Made by a program: the position numbers and the translations under genes. This document shows, one piece after another, positions 20,673 to 30,465 of a DNA stretch of 64,000 nucleotides. Position 1 is the stretch's first letter, and every line of letters begins with the position of its first letter. This DNA is from an uncultured Nitrospiraceae bacterium (GTDB taxonomy: Bacteria > Nitrospirota > Nitrospiria > Nitrospirales > Nitrospiraceae), in assembly GCA_963706325.1 (NCBI GenBank), contig CAVPLT010000002.1, positions 32,001-96,000 on the forward strand, given 5' to 3'. Under the pieces are notes generated by a model that was not told where the DNA came from, ran no database searches, and saw nothing but the letters and a program-made list of their open reading frames with translations.

Positions 20673-22198
20673 ATGTTGATACAGCCACGTATCGGTGATC
20701 GCTACACCTTGATCGATATTCTGCGCTCGCGGGCCTTAGCGACCCCGTCGCAGAGAGCCTATACGTATCTTCGTGATGGAGAGACCGATGAGATGTATTG
20801 GGAGTATTGGGAGTTGGACCGCCGGGCTCGGCGCGTTGCGGCCTGGTTGCAATCATATGGAGCCGCAGGCGAACGCGCGTTGTTATTGTTTCCGCCTGGT
20901 TTGGCTTACCTGGCAGCTTTTTTGGTTGTTTGTACGCCGGCGTAACTGCAGTCCCTGCTTATCCGCCGCAGCGAGAGCGCGGCGTGCCGGGCGTGCTGTA
21001 AATACTGCATGATTCACAAGCTGCCTATGCGTTAACGACCACCGCTGTACGCCAGGCCTGTTGAGCGGCTCTCGCCACGCTTTCGAGGACTTGAGCAGCT
21101 GACGCGACTGCCGTGGCTGAACACCGACCGAGGCACCGGGTGCTGAGCATTACTGGTATCCGCCGGACATCAACGCTGACAGCCTGGCATTTCTCCAGTA
21201 CACATCCGGTTCCACCGGATGCCAAAGGCGTGAAGGTCAGTCATGGCAATCTTCTCCATAACCAGCGAATGATTCAGGAGGCATTCGACCATACCGAGCA
21301 GGCCTGCATCGTTGGCCGATTGCCGCCGTACCACAAACTCGAGGGTTTAACGGCGCAGAGCCTGTCCGGGCAGGCACCATCGAACAGTTCAGCCGAAGCT
21401 TCGCCGAGTGTGGCTTCCGCCGACACGAGTTTTATCCCTGTTACGGTTTGGCTGAGGCGACTCTTCTGGTCACGGGTGGAATCGCCACCGCTCCGCCCGT
21501 AATATGGAAAAGCGACCAATCGGGGTTCAATCTCCGTCCATGTGTACGACCAACCGAGGCGGTCCCCGGACTCTGTTTCTCGTAGGCTCAGGCGTCACCG
21601 GGCACGATCAGCAAGTCCGCATTTTCCATCCACAATCAAGAACGGTTTGCCCGGACGATCGTGTCGCAGAAATTTTGATCAGCGGGCCGAGTGTCGCCCA
21701 GGAGTATTGGGGACGAGAGGAGGAAACGTGCGACACGTTCCATGCCACCCTTGTCGATACCCTGGAGGGCCCATTCCTGCGCACGGGAGACTTAGGGTTT
21801 TTGCACGACGGAGAGTTGTTTGTGACTGGGCGATTCAAGGACCTCATCATCATTCGTGGTCGCAACCACATGCGCATGACATTGAACGGACGGTGGAAGA
21901 ATGTCATGCAGCGCTCAGACCTGGCGGGGGAGCGGTCTTTTCTCTAGTGGATGACGACGGAGAGCGATTGGTCTTGGTGCACGAGGTCGCACTCCGTGCC
22001 AAGCACCTCGATTGCAATGCAGTCATGACGGAGAGCCGTCCAGCAATGGCGAAGCAACATGGAGTCCAGGTCTATGCCATTCTCCTCATCAAAGCTGGGA
22101 GTCTCCCCAAAACTTCCCGTGGAAGGGTCCAGCGAAGTCTTTGCCGCGTGAAACTCTGGAATGAGACCTTCGAGATGATAGGGCAGACCGTGGCATAG
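20673..22198 (+). pseudogene. Fatty acyl-AMP ligase (FAAL) pseudogene
   Basis: Fragments in several frames: 'GERALLLFPPGL', 'GCLYAGVTAVP', 'KGVKVSHGNLLHN', 'PCYGLAEATL', 'FLRTGDLGF', 'GRFKDLIIIRGRN', 'LPKTSRG'. Confidence 0.9.
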
Positions 22199-22365
22199 GT
22201 AGTGGGTAAGTCCCGAGGAAAACGTAGGAATAGTGAAGCCACGTCGAAGGCGGCATAGCCCATCCCACATGCTCAAGTCTGGCGTCCCCGCAGAGTCTCC
22301 AATGCAGGGCCCTTCATCTGTCTTCACCCGGCTGAAAGATTTCCATGAGTTCCGACGGTTCTTGG

Positions 22366-22923
22366 CTAGCTTTGCGTCCCAATTGGCCTCACACCGGCTT
22401 TGGCGGGTTTCGCAGCAAGATCCTTCACAAGACTTAGGTGTTCCTTCAAAACGGGGAGAGTGGCGGAGGCCCATTCACGGACTTGGATATTCTTCAGGGC
22501 CTTGGACTTGGCTGTAAATTCAGACACGTTCTTCTGATGACCCGCCACCTCAAGCTTGAGGTAGGCCCGTTCGAATGCCCGCCCCGACAATGACGATAAT
22601 TTTGCTTTTGCCCCATGCCGTCCGTCTGTTTTCGTTTCCGTCAGAGTCACACCCAGAGCTGCTGCCAGCTTGCTGATTTCCTGGCTTGCCTTGGTGTGGT
22701 CCTGTACCATTCGTTGAGCAAACTGCTTCACCTGTTCGCTTTCCGACCGTTCCACCGCGAGTTGACTCAGCCTGATCTCAGACTGCTGCCGCTGGGCTGC
22801 GGTCTGGAGAAAGGCGGCATCCGCCTTTCCAAGGAACTCCTGCTCCGCCATCGCGGTCGAAACAACCCCGAGCAATATGGCGAACGTCAAACCAATCGTC
22901 GTCCTTTGCTGCGACGTAAACAT
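22366..22923 (-). CDS. Secreted DUF4142 (ferritin-like) protein
   Basis: Signal ending AMA; 'VKQFAQRMVQDH', 'LSGRAFERAYL', 'LPVLKEHL'. Confidence 0.88.
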   Translation of the reverse strand: MFTSQQRTTIGLTFAILLGVVSTAMAEQEFLGKADAAFLQTAAQRQQSEIRLSQLAVERSESEQVKQFAQRMVQDHTKASQEISKLAAALGVTLTETKTDGRHGAKAKLSSLSGRAFERAYLKLEVAGHQKNVSEFTAKSKALKNIQVREWASATLPVLKEHLSLVKDLAAKPAKAGVRPIGTQS

Positions 22924-22989
22924 CCGGATTCCTTTCCTGTTCGAAACATTCGGTACGTATGCCAGTAGTGGCTGCAGATCCGGGCGACG

Positions 22990-25173
22990 CTATTTGGGTC
23001 GGTTCCAGTGGCGATGTTTGCTGATGGCTTCAATGAATGCATCAGCATCCGACCCCTTTTGGCCAAAGACCACTCCAGGAGCTGAGGTGATACCGACCGC
23101 CTTCAAGATTTCAGCGCCCTCCTGGTCGGCAGCCAGCGCCTTGCCGTGATTATAGGCTTCGCGGACGAAATGACGGCTCTCATAATCGCCCAAAAGTGTG
23201 TTGACGCTATCCTTGCCGCCTGGAATGTACACCGCGTCGTACATCACTGAATCGGCCGTCGCCAATGACTTATCGATCCGCAGCTGATCGCCGGACGTGC
23301 CCTGTAGCATGCCCAAGTGCGGAGCAATGAGTTCCGCCGTCGCGCCCTTTTGTTTGAGACGATCTTCCATGCGGACCAGTTCGGCACTGTTCACTCCGTC
23401 GGCCGCGAGGATTGCGACTTTCCGGCTCTTGATCGAATTTTTCGGACCTTCTTCCTGACTCAACCCCTTGGCCTTTCCCGCCTTCGTACTGTCTTGCCCA
23501 TCGGGAGCCTTCAGTCCCAGATAATTGGCTACCAGCTTGGCCAACTGCCCATCGACTTTGGACAGGTGAGTGACCATCCGCTGTTGAACGTCCTTTTTGG
23601 ACACCTTGCCGAGTTCAAACTGAAGAGCTTGGCGAATGTGCTCCTGCTCGGGCAGGGTCAAACTGTTATAGAACAGTGAGGCCTGGCTATAATGGTCACC
23701 AAAGCTCGCGCTACGCTCCCGTACCTTGGTCCCTTCGACGCGAGATGGGTAGTGCACGTAACCACCCTTCTCCGCAGACGCTTCCTTTGGTGATTCCGCC
23801 AAAGAATTCGGTTCGTAATTCGCCTTTCCTGCACGATTCGCAAAGCGCATCTTGCCGTTTTCCTGAAAATTATTAACCGGCGACTTGGACTGATTGATCG
23901 GCAACTGGACGAAGTTCGGCGTGCCGAATCGATTCAGCTGCGTATCGAGATAGGAAAAAAGACGGCCTTGAAGGAGCGGGTCGTCGGAGACATCGATTCC
24001 TGACACCAGATGACCGGGATGGTAGGCCACCTCTTCCGTTTCCGCGAAAAAATTATCCGGATTGCGATCCAGAATAAGCTTGCCCACGCGCTGAAGAGGA
24101 ATCAGGTCTTCCGGCCAAATCTTGGTGGGGTCAAGAACGTCGAAGGGAACCTTCCCTTTGTCTTCTTCAGGCAGGAGTTGCAGGGCCAGTTCGTATTCCG
24201 GAAAGGCGCCGTTTTCAATCGCCTCCCACAGGTCCTTGCGGTGAAAATCCGGGTCCTTACCAGCGATGAGTTGGGCCTCATCCCAGACCAGCGAGTGCAC
24301 TCCCAGCTGCGGTTTCCAATGGAATTTTACGAAGGTCGATTTGCCCTGATCGTTCACCAGACGAAACGTATGCACGCCGAACCCATCCATCATGCGGTAG
24401 CTGCGCGGGATCGCGCGGTCGCTCATGACCCACATCACCATGTGCATGGATTCCGGCGTCAGGGAAATGAAGTCCCAAAAGGAGTTGTGCGCCGTCGAGC
24501 CTGTCGGCACTGCATTGTCGGGCTCCGGATGAAAGGAATGCACGAGGTCAGGAAACTTGATCGCGTCCTGGATGAAAAAGACCGGGATATTATTCCCCAC
24601 GAGATCCCACACGCCGTCTTTGGTGTAAAACTTGGTGGCAAATCCGCGCGCGTCACGAATGGTATCGGCTGTTCCGCGCGACCCGTTCACGTTGGAGAAG
24701 CGCACGAAGACCGGCGTCTTCACCGCCGGGTCAGCAAAGACCGCAGCTTTTGAGTATTGCGTGAGCGGCTTGTACACCTGAAAATAACCATGCGCACCTG
24801 ACCCACGCGGATGCACCACCCGCTCAGGCATCGGTTCATGGTCGAAGTGCATCATTTTCTCCCGAAAGTGAAAGTCTTCCAGCAGCGTCGGACCACGTCC
24901 GCCGGCCTTTAGCGAATTGTCATCGTCGGCGATACGGACGCCTTGATTGGTGGTCAGCGCGGGGCCCTCAGCCACAGACGGTTCTTTGGCATCGCGAGCA
25001 GCTGTCTTGTTCGCTCGTTCTGGATTCGATTCCGCCGAGAGGTTCAGCGGCATCACCCAGGAACTCGCCAATAGGGCCACGGTTCCGGCCAACGCCATCA
25101 CTGTCTTCAGACCGAATCGCCGGTCAATGGTCTCAACCAACCGTGACGAAATCCGAACTCTGCAGGTCATCAT
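22990..25173 (-). CDS. katE: Large-subunit heme catalase (HPII/KatE type) with a Tat-like signal peptide
   Basis: 'PERVVH', '[11 protein letters not shown]', 'RLFSYLDTQ', C-terminal DJ-1-like domain; N-terminal 'DRRFGLK' + hydrophobic stretch + LSA. Confidence 0.95.
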   Translation of the reverse strand: MMTCRVRISSRLVETIDRRFGLKTVMALAGTVALLASSWVMPLNLSAESNPERANKTAARDAKEPSVAEGPALTTNQGVRIADDDNSLKAGGRGPTLLEDFHFREKMMHFDHEPMPERVVHPRGSGAHGYFQVYKPLTQYSKAAVFADPAVKTPVFVRFSNVNGSRGTADTIRDARGFATKFYTKDGVWDLVGNNIPVFFIQDAIKFPDLVHSFHPEPDNAVPTGSTAHNSFWDFISLTPESMHMVMWVMSDRAIPRSYRMMDGFGVHTFRLVNDQGKSTFVKFHWKPQLGVHSLVWDEAQLIAGKDPDFHRKDLWEAIENGAFPEYELALQLLPEEDKGKVPFDVLDPTKIWPEDLIPLQRVGKLILDRNPDNFFAETEEVAYHPGHLVSGIDVSDDPLLQGRLFSYLDTQLNRFGTPNFVQLPINQSKSPVNNFQENGKMRFANRAGKANYEPNSLAESPKEASAEKGGYVHYPSRVEGTKVRERSASFGDHYSQASLFYNSLTLPEQEHIRQALQFELGKVSKKDVQQRMVTHLSKVDGQLAKLVANYLGLKAPDGQDSTKAGKAKGLSQEEGPKNSIKSRKVAILAADGVNSAELVRMEDRLKQKGATAELIAPHLGMLQGTSGDQLRIDKSLATADSVMYDAVYIPGGKDSVNTLLGDYESRHFVREAYNHGKALAADQEGAEILKAVGITSAPGVVFGQKGSDADAFIEAISKHRHWNRPK

Positions 25174-25546
25174 GTAGGCCTCTCTCTTTGCCGGAAGTGT
25201 GAAGCAACGTTGCGCTGTGTGGTAATCTCAACAACTCTTGGTCATGCCGTATGCAATCTTCAGGCTCACCACTCGCGGACCATTGCCTGCTCTTTTCCTG
25301 CTGAAAAGCTAGAAGCCCTCCGGTAATCTCCCGATTGTCGTGATCATTGGGTTGCGTTTTGTCCTGATACGGACAAACTGTCCTGTGGGACTGCACCCAG
25401 AATGATGGACGTCACAGCGATGCACCGCCGATTGTTGACCACACTAGAGGTGATACGTACATTGCACTGGCCCGGCCCTTGCACTGCAAATGAACCGTAC
25501 CGGCCAAGTGCCTTTGCAAAAAAACGAGTGGGTGAAAGGAGTCTGG

Positions 25547-27403
25547 ATGAGCAGTATGAAGCAGAGTTGTGGTGCCGTCGTCGCGGCTGATGGAGCGATG
25601 GAATGGCGTGTGTGGGCTCCCAACGTCAAGGCCGTCGATCTTATTCTGTTCGATCAATCGCAGCGGAAGGTAGAGGCCATGACGCCCGAGCCGCATGGCT
25701 ACTTTTTATACCGTCGACATGCCGTTTCCGATGGGCAGCGTTATGCCTATGCGCTCGACAAGGGACCGGAGAGGGGAGATCCCGCATCGCGCTCGCAACC
25801 CGATGGAGTGGCCGGGTCTTCATCTGTCGTGTTGCCGTCATCTTTTCAATGGTCGGATGAGGCTTGGGGCGGGGTCCGGCGCGAGGACCTCGTATTTTAC
25901 GAACTTCATGTCGGAACGTTTACGCCCGAAGGAACCTTCGATGCCGTCATCCCCCGCCTTCCGGCCCTTCGCGAGCTTGGAATCACCGCTGTGGAATTGA
26001 TGCCGGTCGGGCAGTTTCCCGGCAGGAGAAATTGGGGCTACGACGGCGTCTACATATTCGCTCCGCAAGATAGTTACGGGGGACCGGCAGGCCTGCAACG
26101 GCTGGTCAATGCCTGTCATGAGGAAGGCCTCGCCTGCATTCTGGATGTTGTCTACAACCACGTCGGCCCGGAAGGCAATTTCCTATCGGAATTCGGCCCG
26201 TACTTCACAGATCATTACCGTACGCCTTGGGGACATGCGGTGAACTATGACGGAGCCGGGAGCGAAGCCGTCCGTGCTTTTGTGACTGATAATGTTCGCA
26301 TGTGGATTCGCGACTATCATGTGGACGGGCTCAGACTGGACGCCGTCCATGCAATTTATGATTTCGGAGCCAAGCACATCTTGCAGGACATCAAGGAGGC
26401 CGCCGATCAGGCGGCCCAGGGGCGGGGATATCCCGCTCATGTCATTGCCGAGAGCGACTTGAACGATGTTCGCATCCTCCTTCCGAAAGATCATGGAGGG
26501 TATGGCCTCGACGCTCAATGGAGCGATGATTTTCACCATATCGTCCATACCCTGCTGACGGGCGAACGTCAGGGATACTATGCCGACTACGGCGACCCGG
26601 AACAGTTGCGGAAGGTCCTCGAAGAGACTTTTGCCCTGGATGGCTGTTACAGCCGACATCGCGACCGCTCCCATGGCGCACCTGCGGCGGGACTGCCTGG
26701 TGATCGATTCGTCGGCTGCATTCAAAACCACGATCAGGTGGGGAACCGAGCCGTCGGGGAACGGCTGGGGGCGCTTGTAAGCCCGCCTGCGCAACGGCTG
26801 GCCGCCGCATTGCTCTTGCTGGCTCCGCATCTTCCGCTGTTGTTCATGGGCGAGGAATACGGTGAGGAACACCCCTTTCAATTCTTTTGCAGCTTCGACG
26901 GCGAGGAGTTGATCGAGGCGGTTCGTCAGGGTCGGAAAAGAGAGTTTGAAGCGTTTCATGCAGCCGGGATGGACGTGCCTGACCCACAGTCTGAATCGAC
27001 GTTCGAGGGCTGTCGTCTGACCTGGCATTGGGATGATGCGCCGCGGAAGGCAGGTCTAAGGCGTCTCTACCAAGATCTTTTGAATGCGCGACGATCATGG
27101 CCCGCATTGCGAAATTATGCCGAACGGATGGCCAAACTCCATCCGGGACCAGAGGGTCCCATCGTGCTGGAATTGGTAAGAGGAGGGGTAAAACCGGAAG
27201 CCGGCAAAACAGTGCAAGCCTTCTGCAATCTGACGAACATCACACAGGTCTTGCCTGTCAGGGATGTGACGACTCTTTTGTTCAGTTCTGAATTCGACCG
27301 CTACGACGGAGGACGGCGCCCTGAGACCGATGTACTCCAACTTCTGCCCTTCGAATGCGTAGTAATTGGGCCGTCCGATTGGAAAAAATATGGCCGCGCC
27401 TAG
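25547..27403 (+). CDS. treZ: Malto-oligosyltrehalose trehalohydrolase (GH13)
   Basis: 'YELHVGTFTPEG', 'NWGYDG', 'DVVYNH', 'GLRLDAVHA', 'QNHDQVGNR'; AAGGAG RBS. Confidence 0.95.
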   Translation: MSSMKQSCGAVVAADGAMEWRVWAPNVKAVDLILFDQSQRKVEAMTPEPHGYFLYRRHAVSDGQRYAYALDKGPERGDPASRSQPDGVAGSSSVVLPSSFQWSDEAWGGVRREDLVFYELHVGTFTPEGTFDAVIPRLPALRELGITAVELMPVGQFPGRRNWGYDGVYIFAPQDSYGGPAGLQRLVNACHEEGLACILDVVYNHVGPEGNFLSEFGPYFTDHYRTPWGHAVNYDGAGSEAVRAFVTDNVRMWIRDYHVDGLRLDAVHAIYDFGAKHILQDIKEAADQAAQGRGYPAHVIAESDLNDVRILLPKDHGGYGLDAQWSDDFHHIVHTLLTGERQGYYADYGDPEQLRKVLEETFALDGCYSRHRDRSHGAPAAGLPGDRFVGCIQNHDQVGNRAVGERLGALVSPPAQRLAAALLLLAPHLPLLFMGEEYGEEHPFQFFCSFDGEELIEAVRQGRKREFEAFHAAGMDVPDPQSESTFEGCRLTWHWDDAPRKAGLRRLYQDLLNARRSWPALRNYAERMAKLHPGPEGPIVLELVRGGVKPEAGKTVQAFCNLTNITQVLPVRDVTTLLFSSEFDRYDGGRRPETDVLQLLPFECVVIGPSDWKKYGRA

Positions 27404-27450
27404 ACACACACACAGACCCTGTCCTGCCTTTGATTCCATAGAGGCAGAAG

Positions 27451-27915
27451 ATGAATGAATCCGGGAATCTGTCTCGCGCCGACCTGTATGATCGTCTTCG
27501 TAGCCAAATTCAGCATGAAGATAATGTCATCAATATTCGAGTAGTCTGGCAGCTCTTAGGTCAGTCGTTCTTCTTCAGCACGTACGCAGCCGTCCTCAAT
27601 TCAAAAGGAGAAGCAAAAAACGTCCTGTTTCAGCAACAACAAGAGTTGCTGCTCTGGGCCGTGCCGATTGCGGCATTAATAGCCGGCCTGCTGGCAAGCA
27701 TGAGCATCTTTTCCTCTCTCTATACCATTGAACATTTGGGGACTATCTACGACCGCCATACAGACGACAAGGACCAGAGCGCTAAATCGTTTCCATCGCT
27801 CCGGGGCCCCGAAAAGGCACGTGTATGGGCTCTGGTCCCTCCGATCGGACTTCCTATTCTCTTCATCCTCATTTGGACGATCATCTTGTCAAGACTGATA
27901 GCAGGCGCACTATAG
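27451..27915 (+). CDS. Hypothetical membrane protein (about 3 TM)
   Basis: 'QIQHEDNVINIRVVWQLLGQSFFF' followed by hydrophobic segments. Confidence 0.75.
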   Translation: MNESGNLSRADLYDRLRSQIQHEDNVINIRVVWQLLGQSFFFSTYAAVLNSKGEAKNVLFQQQQELLLWAVPIAALIAGLLASMSIFSSLYTIEHLGTIYDRHTDDKDQSAKSFPSLRGPEKARVWALVPPIGLPILFILIWTIILSRLIAGAL

Positions 27916-28145
27916 CCGCGCCGCCCGACCTGTCTTCTCGCTTTGGTGTGGGGTAGGCTGGGCGCCTTTTACCTCTGGACTGGCGCGAGAGTCAGAGAAG
28001 GAATACGGGCGAGCGTGGCAAAACGAGGGAAATTTCCGCCCACTAGTGGGGGTAGCGCAGAGTTTTTCAACTGGCTCGGTGTACTCACTTCCTCGGCTAG
28101 GATGAATGCTAATGGGGCCGGCCGGTAAATGACCACATTCGCCCT

Positions 28146-29750
28146 TTAATCCGACGTTGTGACGGCCTTTCCTTTGAAGGGTTTGCCTTCCAGCCCCGGC
28201 AACACCGCATCCAAAAAGGCATTTTTAAATAGGGTCACGACCATTTCCCATGTACTGGCTTGTGGGTTCTCAACCGGTCCTGACACATCGGCCTTCGTCG
28301 CCACCTCGCCACGCGGGGTATTTTTGAGGACGCTCGAGGCCACATTGATGGTCTTCTCGAAAATCTTCGTGAGCAACCCCTTATCTTTGTCCTGTTCAGG
28401 GTCGTAAGCGGTCACGTCTTTGAAGAGGGGCTTCAAATATCCCTTCACTTGTCCGTCCTTCACGGTCATCTCACTAAAGACGGAAAAGACTCCTGCGGCG
28501 ACATCGGCGCCGCCATAGGCCCGCAGCATGTTGTTCAGGGACTTCACTTGGGTTTTGAGAATTTTCACGCTGAGGTCAAAGTCGGGGGATTTCGTCTCCG
28601 GCCGAAACGAACCTCTGATTTGGGTGGCGCCACTGCCCATCAGCAAACCCTTGAGCTGAACCTTCGCCGTCCCTTCCGATAGTTGATTACTCCAGTTCTC
28701 CAGTTCGATATCCGTTCCGCTGATGAACATGCGATAGGAGGGGGTGGTGGCTTGATTCACAAAACCGAATTCGCTGTTTTCGATCTTTCCTTGATCGATG
28801 CGCAAAATGAGAGTGGGATGATTGGCAGCCTGCTTAGCTGCTTCCGCTGCCTTCTTGCCGTTCTCCTTCACCTTCTTTTCTGTCCGGGCCGAGTGGATGA
28901 AATCCCCCTTCACTTCCTGCAGTGCCAATGTCCGGAGGCGCACCTCTTGCACCGTAGGAGCATATTCAAGATGCCCGGTGGTGGAGAGGCGTCCTTGCGA
29001 CAGATGCACCTGATGCTGGGCCGTGAGCGGCAGCACATCTGCAAGTTCAATGTCAGTCAGTGAGAGGTCCGCCTTCACGGCTATGGTCGGTTCGGCAAAA
29101 AAATCGGCATGACCGTCGAGCTTGAAACGGCCCTTCTCAAAGACCACAGCATCGATATGCAGGTCCGAGGGATACTCATGGGCCTTCGAGCGCACGTTGC
29201 GAATGTTCTCCACTGTGACGTTCAGTTGAGTGATGTGCAGGGGCTTTGACTTGGAATTTTCCCGGTACGTGACATCCCCGTCCGTAATGCGGACTTCGTT
29301 GACCTGGACCTCCTGGAGGGCGAAAAGGGCTTCCTGCCAGCTCTGCTTTTGGTCCGGTGTGGCCTCCAATTCCTTGGCCGCCTGCGGCCGGGTGAAGTGA
29401 ATGACCGGATGTTCGATCGCCTCATCGGTCACAAGGCGACCGCGCAGTAAGGCACTCCACTGGAGACTGCCATGTATTTTCGAGACCGCGACCAGCGGCG
29501 GCTCCGGGTGCTTTTTTTGCCTCACTGTGACGTCTTCCAGATCAAGTGACAGCGTGAGGGGATGGAGGTCAAGGGCCCCGATGTGAACCGTGTAGGCCGG
29601 CAAGCGTTGGTTCAACTCACGTTCGGCATAAGCCCGCAGTGGCTCGTCGAGGAACGAAAGCGCAATTCCGATTACCAACAGAATTCCCACAGGTATCGCA
29701 ATCCACCTCCAGCCTCGCGACGACGCTCCGGGCATGGCTGGGACCTTCAT
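28146..29750 (-). CDS. DUF748/AsmA-like protein
   Basis: N-terminal TM, repeated beta-rich units, 'GYLKPLFKD', 'FKNAF'. Confidence 0.8.
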   Translation of the reverse strand: MKVPAMPGASSRGWRWIAIPVGILLVIGIALSFLDEPLRAYAERELNQRLPAYTVHIGALDLHPLTLSLDLEDVTVRQKKHPEPPLVAVSKIHGSLQWSALLRGRLVTDEAIEHPVIHFTRPQAAKELEATPDQKQSWQEALFALQEVQVNEVRITDGDVTYRENSKSKPLHITQLNVTVENIRNVRSKAHEYPSDLHIDAVVFEKGRFKLDGHADFFAEPTIAVKADLSLTDIELADVLPLTAQHQVHLSQGRLSTTGHLEYAPTVQEVRLRTLALQEVKGDFIHSARTEKKVKENGKKAAEAAKQAANHPTLILRIDQGKIENSEFGFVNQATTPSYRMFISGTDIELENWSNQLSEGTAKVQLKGLLMGSGATQIRGSFRPETKSPDFDLSVKILKTQVKSLNNMLRAYGGADVAAGVFSVFSEMTVKDGQVKGYLKPLFKDVTAYDPEQDKDKGLLTKIFEKTINVASSVLKNTPRGEVATKADVSGPVENPQASTWEMVVTLFKNAFLDAVLPGLEGKPFKGKAVTTSD

Positions 29751-29799
29751 ATGTTCTCCTCTTTGACCAAACAGGCGGCGGAAACTACATGTAGCGGTC

Positions 29800-30399
29800 T
29801 CACGAACGAAGCATCTTCTCACGCGATTGCTTGGCGTCCGCAGCTTCGCCGGCGGTTTTCACGTCCTTTTCTTCCTCGGGTGGTGGCAGCACCGCGGGGA
29901 GCCCCAAAGATTCCAGCCACAATTCTCGGCTCCAGCCCATCGAATGGTACAAGTGTTCATCTTCTTGATCTTCGATTTGCGCGCACAGTTCCTGAAGCGC
30001 CTGTCCTTGCTTGCCGGACAGCTTCTGAGCAGCCTGACCCAGCAGTTCCCAATTCTGGTGATCTTTGGTTTCCGCGTTCACGACGCATTCCGTCGCGACG
30101 AGTTGAGCCGCTTGTGGATTGTTTCCTTTGAGGGCCATCTGCATGGCCTCGACGAGCGATTCGCCTTTGTGGCGCACGATTTGTCGTCCCCGGGTCTCTT
30201 TGGCGGGATCCAGTCCTAAGGTATCCATGAGCATCCGCAACTGTTGCTCATGATCGCGCGTCTGCTCGAGGTATTTTTCCCATTCCTGCTTGAGATCGGC
30301 GTTCACCGCGCAACGAATCGCCGTCTCATAGACTTGTACGCCTCCCGCTTCAGTTTCCAGGGCTTGATAGAGTAGTTCGTTCATCTGGTCAGTGTTCAT
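29800..30399 (-). CDS. Ferritin-like domain protein
   Basis: 'LYQALETEAGG..VYE', 'ETKDH.NW', 'EDQEDEH' diiron-type ExxH motifs. Confidence 0.85.
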   Translation of the reverse strand: MNTDQMNELLYQALETEAGGVQVYETAIRCAVNADLKQEWEKYLEQTRDHEQQLRMLMDTLGLDPAKETRGRQIVRHKGESLVEAMQMALKGNNPQAAQLVATECVVNAETKDHQNWELLGQAAQKLSGKQGQALQELCAQIEDQEDEHLYHSMGWSRELWLESLGLPAVLPPPEEEKDVKTAGEAADAKQSREKMLRS

Positions 30400-30465
30400 A
30401 GCGGCTCCTCGTGATAAAGATATGAGTCCAGTTCGGGCCTCTGAGATCCTGCGATTGCTTCGTCG

